64,000 nucleotides of DNA. It comes from Microthyrium microscopicum. Taxonomy: Eukaryota. Below, in pieces: positions 57,801-64,000 of the stretch. Position 1 is the first letter of the stretch; every line of letters starts with the position of its first letter. Under the pieces are notes generated by a model, which was not told the origin of the DNA, ran no database searches, and saw only the letters and a program-made list of their open reading frames with translations. Both the position numbers and the translations under genes were made by a program. The stretch is from NCBI GenBank assembly GCA_010405405.1, contig MU004230.1, forward strand, positions 2,886,627 through 2,950,626, written 5' to 3'.

Positions 57801-58858
57801 TTAGCTGAGGGGTTTATTAGATGATGAATTGATATGACCTTACCTTTTAGTTCTTTGTCCTTCTCAGCTACTTTGCGAAGCTCTCCTAATGTTTTACGCT
57901 GCTCGTACTTGGGTTGTTGAAAAACTAGGGGGGGATAAGCGGAATCACAAACACTGGAAAATAATTGCTTACCTTTGTTGTAAGGAAGCTCGAATGTCTG
58001 ATTGCTCATGGCGAGAAACGGCGCAACTCGGGAGGAGTTGTTGGCTCGAGGAGCCTGCTGAAGGTTGGCCATTAAAGAATTAGGACCAGATGAGTTGCGC
58101 GCAGGGACTGGCTCGATAGCAGTGTCGTATTTTATTGGTGCAGGGTTGAAAGAAGTGGACGTATAAGGATTGGGTGGCAAACCAGGCGCCATGGAATTTT
58201 GCGGTGTTTGAGAAGCAAAGGAAAGCGGGGACTGGTAATTTACCAAATTATTGGCGAGTGATGTATGTTGTTGGTTAGGGAGCCGTGAGGTCACTGGTAA
58301 ACCTTCCTGATAGTGACCTGGAGCTACCTGTTTGGGTTGCAGAGCTGGATTGCCCGAAAAGGCGGATTGAGTTGCTGGTTTTGGAGCCAGTGAAGGGTGA
58401 GGTTTGAACATTGGTGACTGTGAGGTCGTCTGTGATGGAGGGGTAGGAGCATGGGATGCGCGAGGCACAGAAGAGTAAGACTGCTGAGACGCCGGCATGT
58501 TGTGCTGGGACGAGATTGCGGTGGTTGGATTAGGAGATTGATATGGATTTGGTGGAAAGGCTGTAGACAAGGCTGAAGTGACATGCTGAGGGCCTTGTGA
58601 TGGATTAGGCTGAGAAGCGACACCTGGCGGCCACTGAGACGACCGGGCAGCAAAGAATTGCTCGTAGGAGGCATAATGTGGGCCAGGGGTGGAATCTGCG
58701 TTTTGCACCATTGAGTTTGGTGGTTGCTGGGCCATTGGCATCTTCTTCACAAGGCCAGAATTAATGTTTAGAGACTGATTTTGGAGGTTCGCAAAGTCAC
58801 GTGAGTTGTTTATGTGAGGGTCCATGGCTGTGATTGGCTGCATAGCGCGACCTTGCAT
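54809..58858 (-). CDS. PNUTS/Ref2-like PP1-regulatory nuclear protein with C-terminal CCCH finger (start uncertain)
   Basis: Exons about 58858-57318, 56973-56871, 56821-54809. KLRVSW RVxF-type motif followed by LVAVKYF, helical central domain, RGG stretch, CRFWPMGKCTKGSSCTYRH. Confidence 0.75.
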
Positions 58859-60188
58859 TTGACTGGACGAAGCGCTGACAGCGCCGAGAGATCTGACTGA
58901 CCTTGATGCAGCCAGCGATTTTGGGGGGTGGATCAAATTGTCAGAAGCCTGGAGGCCCTGTTCCTGGGCGACAAATGCAGGTCGGGAATACCGAACGATG
59001 GATCCCAAGGTACAAAGTACGAAGATACCTGTTGGTTGCCCTGCTTGTTGATTATTGCTCTGCCTGCTTTACTCAACTGGGTCCAAGACCTGATGCGCTG
59101 TACTTCTCAAGCAGCCGTTGAAAGCGGTACTGTGCTCAATGTTGCCACTTGATGAATCTTCCTGATACGCGTGCTGTATGCAGATGCCCCGTTTGAAAGG
59201 AGGATAACGCGAGAAAAGAGGACCTTTGATAGCACAAGGATCGGATTATTTTAGCGAGTTAGCCGCAGTGACTTTGGTTTGGTGTAGAAAAATCCTTCAG
59301 CAAAATGACAAGACTTCGGAAGCTTTCAACAATCTCCGTAAGAACCTTACCGCCAGTGTAAACTGAGCAGAAGACTCGCAACAAAGGTCGTGAGCCTGTT
59401 ATTATTACCAGCAATACTCCTTTATCCCTTGCAATTACAAAAATGCAGACGGCGAAAAGTGTAAGAGCCGTTGGACAGTTGAGATCTTGGATTTCCTCCT
59501 CCGCTGTCCCCAACGTAATAGATCAGCGAACCCAACCCCAGAGGCTTATAGCTCAGATAATAGAGTGAAACGGGAAACAAATCACTTCATTTAATAGAGG
59601 ACGACATTGCGAATGCAGAGAAAGGTATAGAGGAGATGGATTGACAGTGTAGAGGGGAGAAGGTGGATGGATGATGAAGATGGAGAGAGGGAGATGGCAG
59701 ACTCGGTTGAGATGAAAGGAGACGGACGGAGAGTGACAGCTTTGACTTTGGACTTTGAGCGCTGGCCGCTGGGAAAGCTTTGTGGGGCGCCTGCCACCTG
59801 TGACCCGGATCGCACCTGACTTGTTTTGCCTCTGCATTTTAATGCGAATTATCTGATTGGTTGCTTTGCCAAGGGCACCAACGCTAGACACTTCTTTGCC
59901 TAGCGTCTAATCTCCCAGTTGTTACCACGCTGATATAATGAATGCAGTCCTAAAGAAGCCTAGCGTTATTCTTTCGCTAGAGCATCATCAGAATACATTG
60001 GTCTATTGAGCTTTGGTGGTTTGGATGTTGCCTACTACTACAAACCAAGCTCAAAGAACACCTATTCACAAGCACTTCTTTACCATCTCGAGAGCCCAGC
60101 GAGTCAAAGATACGCTGCCTCATCTTTCAGTTCATGATTTCCAATCCCGTCGCATAAAGTTGGGCCACAGAGCCGCTGCTCATTCAAG

Positions 60189-62453
60189 ATGGCCTCTAAT
60201 CACCACACACAGGCACTACGCGATCGCCAGATAGGTATTGAATCCTCTGTTTTCAAGATCATAGATTGCAAAAGCTAACGTTAAGCCAGCGTCAATCGAA
60301 AAAATCTTAAGCTTGAACCATACTACAGTCCATTCCGAAGACCACAACCCTCTCCACGCCGATGGTTTCCTCCCAGATTCAACCCCCATCATCAACGCCG
60401 ATGGTGAGCCGATCTGGAAAGTCCTGGTCTTTGATAATTTGGGAAGAGACGTTATCAGCAGCGTTATGCGAGTCAACGACTTGCGATCATGTGGCGTCAC
60501 GATACATTTGTGAGCACTCGAATACTACATCTATAATGAATCTAATGGAATATAGACACATAAAAACACCAAGACATATGATACCCGATGTTCCTGTCAT
60601 CTACCTCGTCGAACCAACCTCGGACAACCTCAAACTCATAACTTCCGATCTCTCAAAAAAGCTGTACTCCCCAGCCTACATAAACTTCCTATCTTCCATC
60701 CCTCGGCCGCTACTAGAGGACTTCGCTACCGATACAGCTACCTCCAATACCTCCGAACACATCGCCCAAGTTTACGACCAGTACCTCAATTTCATAGTCA
60801 GCGAACCCGATCTCTTCAGCCTTGGCATGGGGAAGAATACATACTATACAATGAATAGTGCCAACAGTACAGACGAGGAAGTCGCCGTTGCTGTCGAGCG
60901 AATTGTGAATGGGCTATTCAGCGTAGTAGTCACCATGGGATCCATCCCAATAATAAGATGTCCCAAAGGCGGCCCTTCAGAACAAGTGGCCATGCGATTA
61001 GATCGCAAACTCCGAGATCACATCCTCAATTCAAAGGACCAAAATCTCTTTACTGGTAGTGGGCAAAAAGGCGGCGCAGCGGGAACCACGTCTTCAAGAC
61101 CCGTTCTCATCATCATCGACCGAGAAATGGACCTGATCCCAATGCTTTCACATTCATGGACATATCAATGCCTGGTCCATGATGTCTTGAAGATGCGACT
61201 AAATCAAATCACCGTCGAAATACCGAGCGACGATACAGGAACCATCAAACCGGTCAAAAAACACTACGATTTGAAGGCGAATGACTTTTTCTGGGCGAAA
61301 AACGCTGGAGAGCCATTTCCCAATGTCGCCGAAGATATAGATACGCAATTGACACAATACAAGGAAGACGCAGCTGAAGTCACGAAAAAGACTGGAACAA
61401 GCTCCTTGGAAGAGCTCGCATCTGATTCCCACGCGTCAGCACAGCAACTAAAAGCTGCCATTACACTTCTGCCAGAATTAAGAGAACGAAAAGCCATACT
61501 GGACATGCACATGAACATTGCCACAGCCCTCTTAACGGGTATCAAGGATCGACAATTAGACAACTACTTCCAACTCGAAGAAAACATCACAAAGCAACCC
61601 AAAGCCGAAATGTTAAAAATCATCAACGATCAAGACAAGGGCAACGATCCAATGGACAAACTCCGCCTATTCATAATCTGGTTCCTCAGCTCCGAACAAG
61701 AAGTCTCCCGCGGTGACATGGAAAGCTACGAATCCGCTCTCAAATCCGCCGGCGCAGACATTACCTCTCTCGCCTACATCCGCAAGTACGTGCCACCATC
61801 CTTTTATCCTTCCCCTAATCCCTCAAGCCTACTAACAATCATCCAGAGTCCGCGAAATCACCCGCATGACAATGCTCTCCGCCCCCACTCCCGGTCCCGC
61901 TCAACCAACCGCATCCTCCGACCTCCTCAAAGGCTTCTCCTCCCTCTCCAGCCGTCTAACCTCCGGTTTCAAAGAAGCCGGCATCGGCGCCAACTTCGAA
62001 AACCTCATCTCCGGCGTCAAAAACTTCCTGCCCCAAAACCGCGATCTTACACTCACAAAAATCACTGAATCCCTCATGGATCCCGCCAACGCTTCCTCCG
62101 CTGCCATCGCGCGCACAGAACACTATCTCTACTTTGACCCGCGCTCCGCCAACGCGCGCGGCACAATGCCGCCTGCTAGCCGCAATGCTGGGGGTGCAGG
62201 AGCGGGTGCGAGGGGCATGGAGGCGAGTTTCGGGCAGAGACGACAGGGCTTTAGCGAGGCGATTGTGTTTACGGTGGGCGGAGGGAGTATTGATGAGTAT
62301 GGCAATTTGCAGGAGTGGGTTGCGAGGACGAGTGGTGGACCGAACCCGACGGCTGGTGTGGGGAAGAGGAGGGTTGTTTATGGGAGTACGGAGATTGTGG
62401 CGGCGGAGGACTTTGTTAATGAGGAGTTGGCGAGGTTGGGTAGAGAAGGATAG
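60189..62453 (+). CDS. SLY1: Sec1/Munc18 family ER-Golgi protein
   Basis: Exons 60189-60234, 60289-60509, 60556-61785, 61847-62453. [43 protein letters not shown]. Confidence 0.95.
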
Positions 62454-62786
62454 ATGGTGTAGGCAACAATATAATTTACCACTTGTGTACCAGTTGACAA
62501 TGTGTTAGTGTGGTTTGGTCTTATGAGTTGGTATTGTGAACTTTATTACTATATACCGAAAAACGGGTACCTTGGAGAGATACTGTACGAGTCTACTGAG
62601 TGTTGTGCTAGATTATGATATGCTGGAAAAGAGGGATCCTTCATAAAGACTGCGAGAGTACAATTTCGAGAACGTTGTTCTTAAACTTGTGCTCATGTAA
62701 AGCACTGTGGCACTCCTAGAATATGTATTGCCCGTTTACGCCCTCTACATGCTTTGATCTATTGTGCAAGCAGTATTACGAACATC

Positions 62787-64000
62787 CTAAAACACCCAGG
62801 TAAAGGAGCTTTCCAGCTGAAATGATGTGGAGCACCTGGAAACAGTAAGTAACATACACGGAAGAGGAGAAAGAGAACTAACCTAATATCAACAGACGAT
62901 GCACCGATTAATATGTCAAACGATCCCTCTTCTGCAATCCACGCAGATATCGCAGTATCATAATACCCAAGCGCATGCTTATCAAGCACCATCTTGATGA
63001 CTGTCGTCTCGCCGGGTTGTAAAAACACCTTTGCAAAGGCCTTCAACTCCTTCTGCGGACGCACCAACTTGGCTTCGACATCACGAACATATAGCTGCAC
63101 TGTCTCATTGCCAGCCACATCTCCCGTGTTCGTCACTGGCACTGACACTGCCATCTTCTCGTCCGCTGCAATGCGCCCTTCGACAGTGGGCTGGCCATAA
63201 TCAAAGGTCGTATACGACAGTCCATGTCCAAAGGCAAACAGCGGCTCAATCGCTCGAGCCTCATAGTGCCGATAACCAATAAACACGCCCTCCTCATAAA
63301 CAACCTCCAAGTTCTCGCCCGGCCAATTCGCATAGCTCGGCGTATCTTCCAGCCTCTTTGGAAAAGTCGTTGGCAGCTTGCCGCCCGGATTATGTCGTCC
63401 AAACAGCACATCAGCAAGCGCATTACCCGCCTCCTGCCCCTGATACCACGCTTGTAGTATAGCAGGCGCCTGCTCAACCCACGGCATCGCCACAGGCGTA
63501 CCAGACTGATTGACAATCACGCAGTTTGGATTCGCAGCCAGCACGGCGGAGATGAGACGGTCTTGGCTGCCATGTTTGGGCAGGTCGAGAGTTTGGCGAT
63601 CATATCCCTCTGATTCCCACTCTGCGTCAAGACCGACGACGATGATGGCAACGTCTGCGGCGGATGCAATGTCTACGGCTTCTTGTAGGAGGTTTACGCC
63701 AGACTCTTCCTGGTATCCGATGCGGCAGCCGCCGTATTTGTGGGAAAGGGGGCCGGTGGATTGTTTGGACAGGGGACGGACTTCGTTGGTGCTTTCAACG
63801 AGGAGGTCGACGGTGGTGTTGGCTTCGAGATGGATGGATTTGTGGACGTCTTGGGAGGCTTCGAACATGGCTTCGCCTTCCTCGGTCCAGTCCCAGTTGT
63901 CGATAAATAGCTTGCCGCCCACGTAGAAGCGGCCGGGTCCGACAGAGTTGAAGCTGAATGTGTGGTCGCCGGATGATTGGGGAGTGATGGTTGTCTTGAC
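62787..64000 (-). CDS. GH3 beta-glucosidase (PA14 insert, Fn3 C terminus), 5' end outside the window
   Basis: WESEGYDR, QAWYQGQEAGNALADVLFG, GKLPTTFP, YEEGVFIGYRHY, FGHGLSYT, RPQKELKAF. Last intron 62836-62882. Confidence 0.93.

Overview
Gene-dense 64 kb window from a filamentous ascomycete (Pezizomycotina-type short spliceosomal introns, GTRAGT / CTRAC / YAG). About 23 protein-coding genes can be built by hand, mostly housekeeping or enzymatic: secreted aldose 1-epimerase, GEN1/Yen1-type nuclease, neutral ceramidase, APH-type kinase, Jac1, Yos9, AP-3 mu, a DUF4536-like microprotein missed by the ORF track, GH18 chitinase, Yth1, SWI/SNF-RSC Ssr3/Snf12-type subunit, an atypical kinesin, Erg24, a DUF3328-like protein, a PNUTS-like protein, Sly1 and a 5'-truncated GH3 beta-glucosidase. 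The most striking structure lies in the apparently empty first 6 kb. At 3187-5001 seven consecutive 215-229 nt introns are separated by 33-54 nt non-coding exons, and each intron holds one box C/D snoRNA-like element. Five of these share a conserved central hairpin scaffold flanked by variable guide-position segments, so this looks like a tandemly amplified array of orphan guide RNAs. An eighth, unrelated C/D element sits in a similar non-coding intron at 1642-1822. Other notable items: the Ssr3-like stop codon is followed in frame by a 252-codon ORF with two Zn2Cys6-like clusters (readthrough or editing candidate), the chitinase has a heavily base-paired long intron, and there is a tandem pair of diverged BTB-like genes. 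All calls come from reading motifs by eye; no database searches were run.
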